From a virus (taxonomy: Duplodnaviria > Caudoviricetes): a stretch of 45,008 nt of DNA. The stretch covers positions 1-45,008 of the IMG/VR virus record IMGVR_UViG_3300029169_000006; one strand, written 5' to 3'. The notes under the pieces were generated by a model. The model was given only the letters and a program-made list of their open reading frames with translations, had not been told where the DNA came from and made no database searches. Both the position numbers and the translations under genes were made by a program. Positions 28,390 to 36,944 of this stretch are shown here, piece after piece. Position 1 is the stretch's first letter. Each line of letters opens with the position of its first letter.

Positions 28390-28532
28390 ATCTTGGGTTT
28401 CTTTATTGGGCTTTCCCACATAACTAGAGCGACAAATAGAAGAGCAAGAATGATTGCCTCTATGCTCATGCGCTCAACGATAAGGCTCAAACAAGCGACT
28501 ACAGCAATCAGTGTTAGTTGAATGGTTCTCAT
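28386..28532 (-). CDS. 48-aa two-TM moron protein, candidate superinfection exclusion (not in ORF track)
   Basis: MRTIQLTLIAVVACLSLIVERMSIEAIILALLFVALVMWESPIKKPKI; GGAG 5 nt before the ATG; own promoter; antisense, directly after the gp16-like gene. Confidence 0.7.
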   Translation of the reverse strand: MRTIQLTLIAVVACLSLIVERMSIEAIILALLFVALVMWESPIKKPKI

Positions 28533-28560
28533 GATAACTCCGTATGTGTTCCGATCATCA

Positions 28561-28569
28561 ATTATACCA
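28561..28569 (-). promoter_or_regulatory. Extended -10 promoter for the moron
   Basis: Minus strand TGGTATAAT about 30 nt upstream of the ATG at 28532. Confidence 0.65.
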
Positions 28570-28591
28570 TTTTAAAACATTAGGATAATCA

Positions 28592-29536
28592 ATGGCTTAT
28601 AAGTTTACATTGCCGCGAGCTGATGTAGGTCCGGGGATTACTCCGGCATCAGGTGCGAAGTTAGAGTTCTTTGTCATCAACACTACGGTACCGTTGACGA
28701 CTTATTCTAATTTCCCATTGACGGTCGAACATACTAACCCGGTGGTATCTGATGCTAACGGTGTGTTCCCTGATATTTTCCTTGATAGCAGTGCTGACGT
28801 TATCCTGACGGACAAGGATGATGTCCCGATCTGGGGGCCGTCATCGGTTTATGAGCCTAGCCAGACGATATCGGCAGTGGCTGCGGACACGGTGGTTGTC
28901 AGTGACAGCGGTGGTAATTTCGATGAAAACAACGTCGAAAACGTCTTAGCGGAGATTGTTGACAACTATGCCTCGAATGCCAGTGGTCAGGGTGCGTCAA
29001 AGATTGGCATTCAAGACGCTGCTGGTAATTTCACCGGGACAGAGGTGGAGGCTGCGCTTGCAGAGCTCGCGGTTGATGTTAATGCAAACTTCCAGGTGCT
29101 TGCGAAGTTTACTGATGAAGACAAGGCCACGGATACGACGCTGGCGAATGATAATAAGCTACAGGGATTTAGTTATTTAGCGGCCCGATCATATTCGTAT
29201 GACATCTATATTCATTACAACCAAAACGTCGGTGACATCAAGTTCCGGCTTAATTTCTCTTCAGCGCCGCAGCGAAACTACGCTCAATACACGGTTGTTG
29301 ACTCATCGGGAACGGTGGTGAATGGCAGTGCTGACTTAGACTCAAGCACCATTGCTGTGACGACCATGACTGATGGCCTTAATGCTGCAATCAATATTCG
29401 TGGTGGCTTTGTCAGTCATGCCAGCACCGCAGGCGCACTATCATTCCAGTGGGCACAGAACACATCCAATGCCAATGATACGACTGTCTTTAACGGCTCA
29501 TGGATGCAGGTTCGCAGAACGGATGACTTCGGATGA
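28592..29536 (+). CDS. Tail appendage protein with tailspike head-binding-like N-terminus (short, no catalytic beta-helix seen)
   Basis: GAKLEFF..TT.P..TYS..TNPVVSDANGVFPDIFL; duplicated D..GNF...VE..LAE. Confidence 0.7.
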   Translation: MAYKFTLPRADVGPGITPASGAKLEFFVINTTVPLTTYSNFPLTVEHTNPVVSDANGVFPDIFLDSSADVILTDKDDVPIWGPSSVYEPSQTISAVAADTVVVSDSGGNFDENNVENVLAEIVDNYASNASGQGASKIGIQDAAGNFTGTEVEAALAELAVDVNANFQVLAKFTDEDKATDTTLANDNKLQGFSYLAARSYSYDIYIHYNQNVGDIKFRLNFSSAPQRNYAQYTVVDSSGTVVNGSADLDSSTIAVTTMTDGLNAAINIRGGFVSHASTAGALSFQWAQNTSNANDTTVFNGSWMQVRRTDDFG

Positions 29537-29874
29537 AACTAGGCGACCTACAGAAGTTATTTGCCAAGCAGGTCCCGAAACTAATCAACAAAGCCCATGC
29601 GCTGGGTTATGAGGTAACGCTTGGTGATGCTTACAGAGATCCGAAAGTACATGGTGAGGTAGGCGAGAAAGAGAGTTATTCAAGCGCGTATTCCATGCAC
29701 AAATCCAGGTGTGCAATTGATCTTAACCTGTTTAAAAACGGCAAATACCTGACAAAAACAACGGACCACAAGTTATTAGGTGAGTGGTGGGAGGCTCAAC
29801 ATGAGCTGAACTGTTGGGGAGGCAGGTTCAACGATGGTAATCACTATTCAATGACCTATGAGGGCAGGAAATGA
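29533..29874 (+). CDS. Endolysin, peptidase M15 family
   Basis: SMHKSRCAIDL..WGGRF.DGNH zinc-ligand motifs. Confidence 0.9.
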   Translation: MKLGDLQKLFAKQVPKLINKAHALGYEVTLGDAYRDPKVHGEVGEKESYSSAYSMHKSRCAIDLNLFKNGKYLTKTTDHKLLGEWWEAQHELNCWGGRFNDGNHYSMTYEGRK

Positions 29875-30038
29875 CCGCAAAGAAAACAGCGAAAGAATCC
29901 AAGAAAGACGAGGTTTTAGTCCGATTCAAGCTACTACCTAAGCGACTCCCGAATTTAGTCGATAAATACCCGGTGGTTTTTTATGTAGTGGTGGCGGTCT
30001 CGGCCTTGGCAGGGTTTATCTTGGGTAAGATTCTATAA
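29871..30038 (+). CDS. Small C-terminal TM protein (55 aa, not in ORF track)
   Basis: MTAKKTAKESKK...PVVFYVVVAVSALAGFILGKIL; coupled at both ends. Confidence 0.65.
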   Translation: MTAKKTAKESKKDEVLVRFKLLPKRLPNLVDKYPVVFYVVVAVSALAGFILGKIL

Positions 30039-30283
30039 TGTCTCCCGTACCTCACGACACATTCAAAGCGCTATGGATTGCTTGGCTAGTGTTTTTCTGC
30101 ATTGTTGAGTTTATTGCGATCAAGCGCGATGGTTATGGCGATACGTTCAGCGAATTCGTGCAGTGGATTGTCGGGGCTGGAGAGGCTGAGCGCGAGTGGT
30201 TTAGGTGGGTGGCTAGAGTCTTTGTGATTGGTTTGTTGCTGTGGCTGATTCCTCATTTTCTAAATCGGTGGAAGTGGTTTTGA
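30038..30283 (+). CDS. Two-TM membrane protein, holin/antiholin candidate
   Basis: Two hydrophobic segments; within the lysis cassette. Confidence 0.55.
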   Translation: MSPVPHDTFKALWIAWLVFFCIVEFIAIKRDGYGDTFSEFVQWIVGAGEAEREWFRWVARVFVIGLLLWLIPHFLNRWKWF

Positions 30284-30474
30284 TGACTGATTTGGTGAAC
30301 AAGTACTTCAAGAAGAAATTCGCCCTGACTTGTATGTTTTGGGTGTCAGGTACTTACATTGCTATCGATACCAGTGCAGAACTGGCCTCATACACCGCAT
30401 TCACGACCATTGTGCTTGGATTATTCAAAGCCAGTGACGTAGCCGACAAGAAATTGAACGGGGGGCATTACTGA
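30283..30474 (+). CDS. Two-TM holin candidate
   Basis: KKKFAL then two hydrophobic segments; TGATG coupling. Confidence 0.55.
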   Translation: MTDLVNKYFKKKFALTCMFWVSGTYIAIDTSAELASYTAFTTIVLGLFKASDVADKKLNGGHY

Positions 30475-31067
30475 TGCCTTATGGTCTGATATTCAGGTTT
30501 GCCCCTTGGGTATTGCTGGCTGTAACTATCGGCCTGTACCTCGATAAGCGCGACGAACTGGCCACAACCATAGAGAAAGCCAACACAGATAAGGTCAAAT
30601 CTGTATTGCTGGCAGAGAAACAGGTCTCAAAACGCCTGAATGAGGCTCACACGCAAGAACTCGAAGAACGTGAGATTAGGTATAGGGCCGCACAAAAGGC
30701 CATAGAAACGGCTACAGAGGCTGCACAAGCGGCTCAGAATGCTGCGGCTGAGAAAGACGTAGCGATCAGGGAACTACAACTAGAGGCAAGTATCGATGAC
30801 ATACCGGATAGCGGCGAGTGTCTTAATGTTTATGTCCCTGGCGGGATGTTGCACACCAGAGATTGTGAAGGAACCAGTCCTGGTGGAGGTAGTGAAAACG
30901 GAATATGTGTCAATACCGGACGAACTGACCAAACAAATCCCAGCTTTGGTTCCATCACCTTTGGCGAACTAGCTGAGATTACGAACAAGAACATTGCCAC
31001 GATTGACGCATTGAACGCTCAATTGATTGGCATAAGGAAACTGAACGAGGAAGATAATGGCAACTGA
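30474..31067 (+). CDS. i-spanin (Rz-like), apparently carrying an o-spanin-type C-terminus
   Basis: N-terminal TM, coiled coil, ends TFGELAE...NAQLIGIRKL. Confidence 0.7.
   Translation: MPYGLIFRFAPWVLLAVTIGLYLDKRDELATTIEKANTDKVKSVLLAEKQVSKRLNEAHTQELEEREIRYRAAQKAIETATEAAQAAQNAAAEKDVAIRELQLEASIDDIPDSGECLNVYVPGGMLHTRDCEGTSPGGGSENGICVNTGRTDQTNPSFGSITFGELAEITNKNIATIDALNAQLIGIRKLNEEDNGN
30796..30972 (+). CDS. Embedded o-spanin (Rz1-like) lipoprotein, possibly truncated (not in ORF track)
   Basis: +1 frame inside Rz: MTYRIAASVLMFMSLAGC lipobox, then VEVVKTEYVSIPDELT; GAGG upstream. Confidence 0.75.
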   Translation: MTYRIAASVLMFMSLAGCCTPEIVKEPVLVEVVKTEYVSIPDELTKQIPALVPSPLAN

Positions 31068-31311
31068 ATACATCAAGATTACTGAGGCAAAAAAATGGAC
31101 GTTATTGCATGACGGTGACTGCGTAGTTGCTAACGGCAGTAAGCGGCCTTTGCTTTGTGTTTTTGCTACCTCTGTACCGACCATTGAGGACATGCCCTTT
31201 GGCTACCCAATGCAGCGCGGTGAGTGGATTTCTTTGTCACCCAGCACAGGTGAGGACGTGTATTACTGCGGTCTTCGTGAGGGTGATGGCTTTGTTGTGG
31301 ATCGATCATAA
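31057..31311 (+). CDS. Small beta-rich hypothetical protein
   Basis: GAGG RBS; TAATG coupling to 31311. Confidence 0.65.
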   Translation: MATEYIKITEAKKWTLLHDGDCVVANGSKRPLLCVFATSVPTIEDMPFGYPMQRGEWISLSPSTGEDVYYCGLREGDGFVVDRS

Positions 31312-34118
31312 TGGGTAACTTGCAACACGTCGGCAGGGGTACTGTCGGTAAGGGTTCCGTTGGTGGTGGCGTTGGCGGTGGTGGGTCTGATCCTATCCAG
31401 AGCTTTACGAATACCACGCAGGCTTTGGCTGAAGCGGACAGGGATACTTACTACACAAATAATCCCAGTGAGCTAACAGATGGTCGCCAGTGCTGGATAT
31501 GGTGGGGAAATCCTACACCTACCACGCTGGACAGGCAGGTTTACAACCTTGCGGGCGCTCTCTGGATTAGTGAGAGTTCATCGGTCACGGTTGATGTTGA
31601 GCGGCACTATCAAGTAGTGGTGGCATTTGCATTACTTGACCCTCCTGGTGCGCCTTTAGAGGGCGATCTGTACATCGTGGCTGGTGCTGGTGGTACCGCG
31701 ACTGGTGCATGGGCAGGCCATGAGGAAGAGCTAGCCTCTGTCACTGGGGGTGTCTGGGGCTTTAAAACACCGCATATCGGTGAGGTCGCCTACGATCAGG
31801 CCGGTAATCTCTCGTATATCTATGATGAAACCCTGACTTGGGTTCGTACTGATCTTGGTACGCTGTATTTGCGTAGTAATAAGATCAACAGGGTACGCGG
31901 TGTTGATCCTGCGGTTTTTGCAGACCTTGACGCTGTGGGCGCGGCTTACGGCGGTATTCTGTCTGAGACAGAGATCGTGGCTTTTGATTCTGTTGCGGGT
32001 CTTGGTGCGCTGGTCAGGATTGATCCGGGTACACCCGCGGTGGCTACGCTCCTAATCAATGCCTCTTCGGGTATGCGTCAGCAAATCGTCCCTAATACCG
32101 CACCATCTTATGACGTGGTGTGGAATGGTACTAAGTGGGCGAATATCGTCAATTACGGTGTCGATGGCACTCGATTTAGCTCTGGTGAGTATGCTGAATG
32201 GGCTGTAGCGACAGCAGCGGCCCCGTTTGAGGGTGGTGATGCGTGGATTCAGTTAGTTGAGGCTACTAACCCGATTGGCACGGTAACGCTGGATGTTACA
32301 GACGCTGATACGCGGTGGAGCAATATACCCTCGCCGATCAGTCAGTACGGTATGTTCCCCACGGATGACGATGAGTCCTCATGGATTCGATTCAGGTTCA
32401 CAGGGGCTCAAGCGGGTATCCAAGCGAATATTCATGCTGACTGGTGGCGTCCTGCAACGGCCGGTGGTGCCACCATCGAAGAGTTCGATATTCGTGTTGG
32501 GTCGGTCAGTGGTACTACGGTTGATACGTTCACCTATGATGGCTCGACAGGCCAGACGACCATTGTTATGGATATCAAGCATATCCCGTCAAGTGCTGAT
32601 GTCATTAACGGTTATCTTGATCTCTTTTGTGTAAGGACGACCAATTCAACCAACGGTGGCTCAAGCGCCCAAATGGGTATCTTGCGCTATGAGTTAGGTG
32701 TTGAAACGGTAGAGCCTGCGATTAGTGCTAACGTGGTTAGTCAGTTTGACTCATCCACTCGCGGCATAAAACTACCGAGCATTATTCCGTCTTCTACCTC
32801 AGTGACTCATGATGAGGGTGCTTTGGCCCTTGATGGCTTGGCGGGTAATCGGCCTATCTGGTATGACGGTGATGACTGGTCGTATGTCAACACCACTCGA
32901 ATTGGGTTCAGGTCTATTGATTCAGGCCAGTTCTTCTTTGCTGAGGGCAATACTTTTGCAAGCTCTGGCTGGACAGGATCAAACCATGCGAGGCTGATCA
33001 AGGTATTCGACTACCAAGGCTTTCCCGAGCTAATCCGGTTAAACCAAACGGGTGGCACTGTCACCATGCAGGCCCCGAACAACACGCAGGCGCTATGGGA
33101 TGTCGCTAGGGCTAACGGTTTTCGTGTTGATTATCGAATGATGTTCGGTTCATCGCATGATGGATCGATGTATACCAGTATCGAGCCTAACAATACGTCA
33201 TGGGGTAGTAACGGTCGCTTCGAATTCTCGGTGCAAACGCCCGGTGGACAACTGCAACTCATCATGGTCAACAGTGGTGGTAATACCACATTCGATCTTG
33301 AATTCGATGTTATGTACACGTTCAGCATGGTTGCTGGACCATTGGCACAGCTCGCTGATGTTCTTGTCGATGGCGTGAAAGTTGGTGAGGTCACTTACGG
33401 TGGTAGTGGTACGACCGACCGCGGTACGTTCTTCTATAACCCGCCGGGCAATGCCGCAAATGAGATGTACTGGCAGTCAGTCACGATGTACACACTGTCT
33501 GCGGCCGATACTAACGTTACGCTCGATAAGCAGGCCATCTCAACGGGTCTTCGCTACAACGTGCCCAACATTAACTCGGCAATGACGCTGAGAGTGCCTA
33601 AAGGCTTATATAACTTCGGTAATACGTTCACGGTGGTCAATGGCTCAAGTGTGCCGGCCACGGTCACGGCAGCGGCAGACGACAAGCAGCTATTTGGTGG
33701 CTCGACTGAGTTCTCTGTATTACCGCAGCAAGAGGTGACGTTTACACAAACCTCATTCCCTCGGGGTAATGTCTGGGCGGTAGAGGGCGGTAAGCTCGTT
33801 ATCAACCATGAAGACAATCTGTCCACGGGTAATTCATTGCACCTAACGGTTGATTCAGGCGGTGCGATACTGGGCCGACACGGTAATTACATTGGTGATG
33901 ACGTTGTGGTGGCTAACCCGACTACGGGCAACTTTACTATCCAGGTTGGCGGTCTTGTATGGGATACAGACACGACAATTATTGCTACCCCCTGGCATAC
34001 CGCGAGTCAGAAAATGTCCTGTAATGTGGGCATAGAGATCGGTTTAGCGCGGGTTGACGTATTGGACGCTGCTGGTGCGTTACTCAATGATCGATTCTGT
34101 GTGTCTATCTACTGGTAA
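31311..34118 (+). CDS. Large tail fibre / receptor-binding protein with DUF2793-like domain
   Basis: PPGAPLEGDLYIV...ATGAWAGH..LA..W.F..P..G (DUF2793-like), followed by several beta-rich lectin-like segments. Confidence 0.7.
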   Translation: MGNLQHVGRGTVGKGSVGGGVGGGGSDPIQSFTNTTQALAEADRDTYYTNNPSELTDGRQCWIWWGNPTPTTLDRQVYNLAGALWISESSSVTVDVERHYQVVVAFALLDPPGAPLEGDLYIVAGAGGTATGAWAGHEEELASVTGGVWGFKTPHIGEVAYDQAGNLSYIYDETLTWVRTDLGTLYLRSNKINRVRGVDPAVFADLDAVGAAYGGILSETEIVAFDSVAGLGALVRIDPGTPAVATLLINASSGMRQQIVPNTAPSYDVVWNGTKWANIVNYGVDGTRFSSGEYAEWAVATAAAPFEGGDAWIQLVEATNPIGTVTLDVTDADTRWSNIPSPISQYGMFPTDDDESSWIRFRFTGAQAGIQANIHADWWRPATAGGATIEEFDIRVGSVSGTTVDTFTYDGSTGQTTIVMDIKHIPSSADVINGYLDLFCVRTTNSTNGGSSAQMGILRYELGVETVEPAISANVVSQFDSSTRGIKLPSIIPSSTSVTHDEGALALDGLAGNRPIWYDGDDWSYVNTTRIGFRSIDSGQFFFAEGNTFASSGWTGSNHARLIKVFDYQGFPELIRLNQTGGTVTMQAPNNTQALWDVARANGFRVDYRMMFGSSHDGSMYTSIEPNNTSWGSNGRFEFSVQTPGGQLQLIMVNSGGNTTFDLEFDVMYTFSMVAGPLAQLADVLVDGVKVGEVTYGGSGTTDRGTFFYNPPGNAANEMYWQSVTMYTLSAADTNVTLDKQAISTGLRYNVPNINSAMTLRVPKGLYNFGNTFTVVNGSSVPATVTAAADDKQLFGGSTEFSVLPQQEVTFTQTSFPRGNVWAVEGGKLVINHEDNLSTGNSLHLTVDSGGAILGRHGNYIGDDVVVANPTTGNFTIQVGGLVWDTDTTIIATPWHTASQKMSCNVGIEIGLARVDVLDAAGALLNDRFCVSIYW

Positions 34119-34348
34119 TGGACCGCGAAAGGGTCACGTTTTGGGTGGCTGTCACAGGATGGGGCGTGGTGGCTTTTGGTAGTGTGGTCGCTATCCTGAA
34201 GGCCGGGCCGTTGGCTCACTACGCCTTTGAGACGGACAGAGAGATCACTGAATCAGAACTACGGTCATATTGTCCAGAGAATGCAGAAAAGCTGATACGC
34301 CTGCAGAGAGGCCGCGACAGGGAGAATATACGCAATGAACTTGACTGA
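34118..34348 (+). CDS. Small N-terminal TM protein
   Basis: Hydrophobic residues 6-27, charged tail. Confidence 0.6.
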   Translation: MDRERVTFWVAVTGWGVVAFGSVVAILKAGPLAHYAFETDREITESELRSYCPENAEKLIRLQRGRDRENIRNELD

Positions 34349-34610
34349 TAAAGTAAACATGACCCTGCTGACCGCTTGTGCTGGTGCAATTATCTGGGTG
34401 TACACGAACTTTGTTGAAGCCTCTGAGTTCCACAAGGAAATATCCGCTATCAACGTGGCTGTGGCTTATGGTCAGTATTACGACCGCCTGGATGATTATG
34501 ATGAGGCGATGGATGAGGAAAACGAGCGCTTGGCAGCCGAATACGCACGACAGATGGAAAGACTGAAAGCTGAGATCTGTGAACACGACCCAGAATGGGA
34601 ACGGTGTTAA
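34335..34610 (+). CDS. Small N-terminal TM plus coiled-coil protein
   Basis: LLTACAGAIIWVY, acidic helix, terminal C..C; GGAG RBS. Confidence 0.65.
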   Translation: MNLTDKVNMTLLTACAGAIIWVYTNFVEASEFHKEISAINVAVAYGQYYDRLDDYDEAMDEENERLAAEYARQMERLKAEICEHDPEWERC

Positions 34611-34662
34611 TATAAGGGCAATATTTCCCAAATCCCTTAAAAACAAGGCGGAAACGGGCAAA

Positions 34663-34926
34663 ATGGATTTTTATGAAGTAATATCAGCACTCGTTTTCTT
34701 ATGGCTGGGTACATTGAGCTGGTGGGGCAAAAGCGCGTTGAATGATTTGAAGAAAAAAGACGCCGACCAGGACGAACGAATGGATGGCCACGCATCTATG
34801 CTGATGGACCAAGGTAAGGATGTGGTCCAGACCCAGACCAATATCATCAATATTGACAAGACGCTAACGCGGATTGATCAAAAGCTGGACGATGTAATTG
34901 CCAACAGAGCTGCAACCGGATCGTAA
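34663..34926 (+). CDS. TM plus coiled-coil protein, holin/XhlA-like candidate
   Basis: VISALVFLWLGTLSWW then IDKTLTRIDQKLD. Confidence 0.6.
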   Translation: MDFYEVISALVFLWLGTLSWWGKSALNDLKKKDADQDERMDGHASMLMDQGKDVVQTQTNIINIDKTLTRIDQKLDDVIANRAATGS

Positions 34927-35176
34927 TAAGTACCTTAGAGCAGTTTTTCGCATACGGTCAGAGTGGCTGGCCGTGGTTATCTCTATTGCTGGCGTTCTAA
35001 TTGCCTGGGGTGGCTATGCGTATGCTGTCAGGGCTGAGATTAGATCAGAGTTATTGCAGGAAAGCTTGATCTTACAAACGAACAGAACATCGCTTTATAT
35101 TACCTACGTTCAAGACTTGCACTTTTGTTTAAAGTCCAATGAATGTAATGAACTCCCACCTTTACCAGAGGATTAA
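34898..35176 (+). CDS. Single-TM hypothetical protein
   Basis: WLAVVISIAGVLIAWGGYAYA; start uncertain. Confidence 0.55.
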   Translation: MPTELQPDRNKYLRAVFRIRSEWLAVVISIAGVLIAWGGYAYAVRAEIRSELLQESLILQTNRTSLYITYVQDLHFCLKSNECNELPPLPED

Positions 35177-35178
35177 AA

Positions 35179-35379
35179 ATGTCAGGCGGACCATGTAGAA
35201 AAGGCGCGTTAGATTGTAACGGGGATCTTATGGAAGCAGCATCTCCTAATATCCTGATTCTTGGTGTTCACGGTTTGATCAGTGAAGAGGCGCTAACCGA
35301 GTACAACGAGATCAAGGAAAAGTTCGCCAAGCGTTATAAGAAATGGAAAGAAAAGCATATCGACTTTGATGATATCTAG
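35179..35379 (+). CDS. Hypothetical protein, last gene of the late operon
   Basis: GAGG RBS; converges on the leftward arm. Confidence 0.6.
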   Translation: MSGGPCRKGALDCNGDLMEAASPNILILGVHGLISEEALTEYNEIKEKFAKRYKKWKEKHIDFDDI

Positions 35380-35380
35380 G

Positions 35381-35542
35381 TCAATTGCTTAACCTTGCTC
35401 CTACGATGAAGTGAAGCGTATCCTCACTCGCGTAGTCTGTCTCGACCTCAAATACTTGACCGCAATCCTGACAGGTGGCTTCAACAAGCCATGAGCCTTC
35501 ACCTTTTAGCTCACCATCACACTCGGGGCATTGGATATCCAT
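35381..35542 (-). CDS. Acidic zinc-ribbon protein (53 aa, not in ORF track)
   Basis: MDIQCPECDGEL...TCQDCGQVFEVETDY. Confidence 0.6.
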   Translation of the reverse strand: MDIQCPECDGELKGEGSWLVEATCQDCGQVFEVETDYASEDTLHFIVGARLSN

Positions 35543-35780
35543 AGGTCACTGTTTGATCAGGACACGCTCATTGCATCTTGGGCATAGGTCAGATCTACCT
35601 ATTCTCCAGCCATCATTTCTTGCTTGTCTCCAGCAATCTTCTCTGCTCGAACCTGTATACATAGATGGACTAGAAACAAGTTGGCTGTCCTCGCACTCTT
35701 TGGAGTCGCAATAAATGTGTAGTTCGTAACATTCAGCCCTCATGATCCTGCCTTGTCTGGTCTAATTCCATAGGTCACTG
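35538..35780 (-). repeat. 14-bp direct repeat TCCATAGGTCACTG bracketing ORF 35546-35743
   Basis: Exact copies at 35538-35551 and 35767-35780; reads CAG-TGA-CCT-ATG-GA (stop plus start) on the coding strand. Confidence 0.9.
35546..35743 (-). CDS. Small zinc-binding phage protein
   Basis: YCD..C ... ARNDGW ... DLCPRC. Confidence 0.7.
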   Translation of the reverse strand: MRAECYELHIYCDSKECEDSQLVSSPSMYTGSSREDCWRQARNDGWRIGRSDLCPRCNERVLIKQ

Positions 35781-36071
35781 ATTGTCGGGGTCAGTTGTCT
35801 GTCGAAGCTCAACTGTCACATACCCTCTGCAATTACTAGATGTTTTGTCGTGCAAAACAATGCCGCATCGACTACAGCATCGAAAGCCATTAAATTCTCG
35901 TTCACGGTGCTTCCTTAGATATTTGAGAATAGCTTCCATTAAAGCTGGCCCGGACTCACTGCCATCGTGCGGGGCTGTGTTGTCCCAAGCTTGAACGAAA
36001 CAATCAAGCCACCTTTCAACCCTGGCAAGGTCTTTGCGAAGTTCTGCATTTTGTCGAATAATCTCGGTCAT
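35775..36071 (-). CDS. Hypothetical protein
   Basis: Fits the leftward operon; C-terminal CSRCG. Confidence 0.6.
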   Translation of the reverse strand: MTEIIRQNAELRKDLARVERWLDCFVQAWDNTAPHDGSESGPALMEAILKYLRKHREREFNGFRCCSRCGIVLHDKTSSNCRGYVTVELRQTTDPDNQ

Positions 36072-36096
36072 GGTTTCTGATTGCTCAAGTCAATAA

Positions 36097-36807
36097 TCAC
36101 TTAGCCACTGCCTCTACACATCTTGCAGTCCGTTCGTTAGCATCATCAACGCGCTCATGACAAGCCTCTAATTGCTCCTGGGCTTTGTTCTGTTGTGCGA
36201 TGATATCTGCTAGGTCTGCTTTGTGTGACTCCATCAAGGCCATCCCACTATCCATCACAAGGTTTATGCAGTGATCACGCTTGCTGGTCCCTTTGGGTCG
36301 ATCAAAAGCGATGGCATTTCGGTAGTGCCTGTCATGGCATTTCAACCGCGCATTCAATTCAATGTCCCTTTCCTCAGCCGCTAGCGTTTTCATCCAGCAG
36401 GATTTATTGAGGTAGTGAAAGCCTAAGAACCCGCTAGTCCCGTCATCAGCAGCCCCACCTTGAGCGCCGACAAAGCAATCCACCGCGTTAGGATGCGTCA
36501 AAGACAAAGCATAGAACTGGCTCGAGTTCATACTTACCTGATCACCGTTGGATGACCCGCTGGACGACTCACTAACTGAATTGCTATCTGCAAGACTTGA
36601 ACTATCACTATTAGCTGTAGCATCCACAGACTTATCGATATCGTTTTTATTCACCACCAGCTTGCTGGGACGATAGTCTTTGTCGGTAGCATTGGCATTA
36701 TTTGAGTCATAGACCGCTAGCGCCAAGAGGCAGAAAAACGTCACTGCGATGACTTTTAAGGCTAGCTGGAAGAGTTGATTACTCCTGCTTTCTTTTCGGT
36801 GCTTCAT
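36097..36807 (-). CDS. Exported or membrane-anchored Cys-rich protein with Ser-rich linker
   Basis: GGGAGG RBS before ATG 36807; hydrophobic segment VIAVTFFCLLALAV; SDSSSLADSNSVSESSSGSS; several Cys; frame open up to 36948. Confidence 0.7.
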   Translation of the reverse strand: MKHRKESRSNQLFQLALKVIAVTFFCLLALAVYDSNNANATDKDYRPSKLVVNKNDIDKSVDATANSDSSSLADSNSVSESSSGSSNGDQVSMNSSQFYALSLTHPNAVDCFVGAQGGAADDGTSGFLGFHYLNKSCWMKTLAAEERDIELNARLKCHDRHYRNAIAFDRPKGTSKRDHCINLVMDSGMALMESHKADLADIIAQQNKAQEQLEACHERVDDANERTARCVEAVAK

Positions 36808-36944
36808 AGGCCTCCCCATATTCTGTTGAAATAGTTTGTTAAGTTCGTTCATTGAAACCTCTTTTGTTAGCGCTGCATCTGTCTCGATTAGTGACGCATC
36901 GAAGTCTGTTGGTACGGGCTTAACCGTGATCTGGTCAGGCAGTG

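Noticed and set aside
35370-35400. Bidirectional terminator at the convergence of the late and early operons
   Set aside because: The two stop codons are nearly adjacent and no GC-rich hairpin with T tracts is visible
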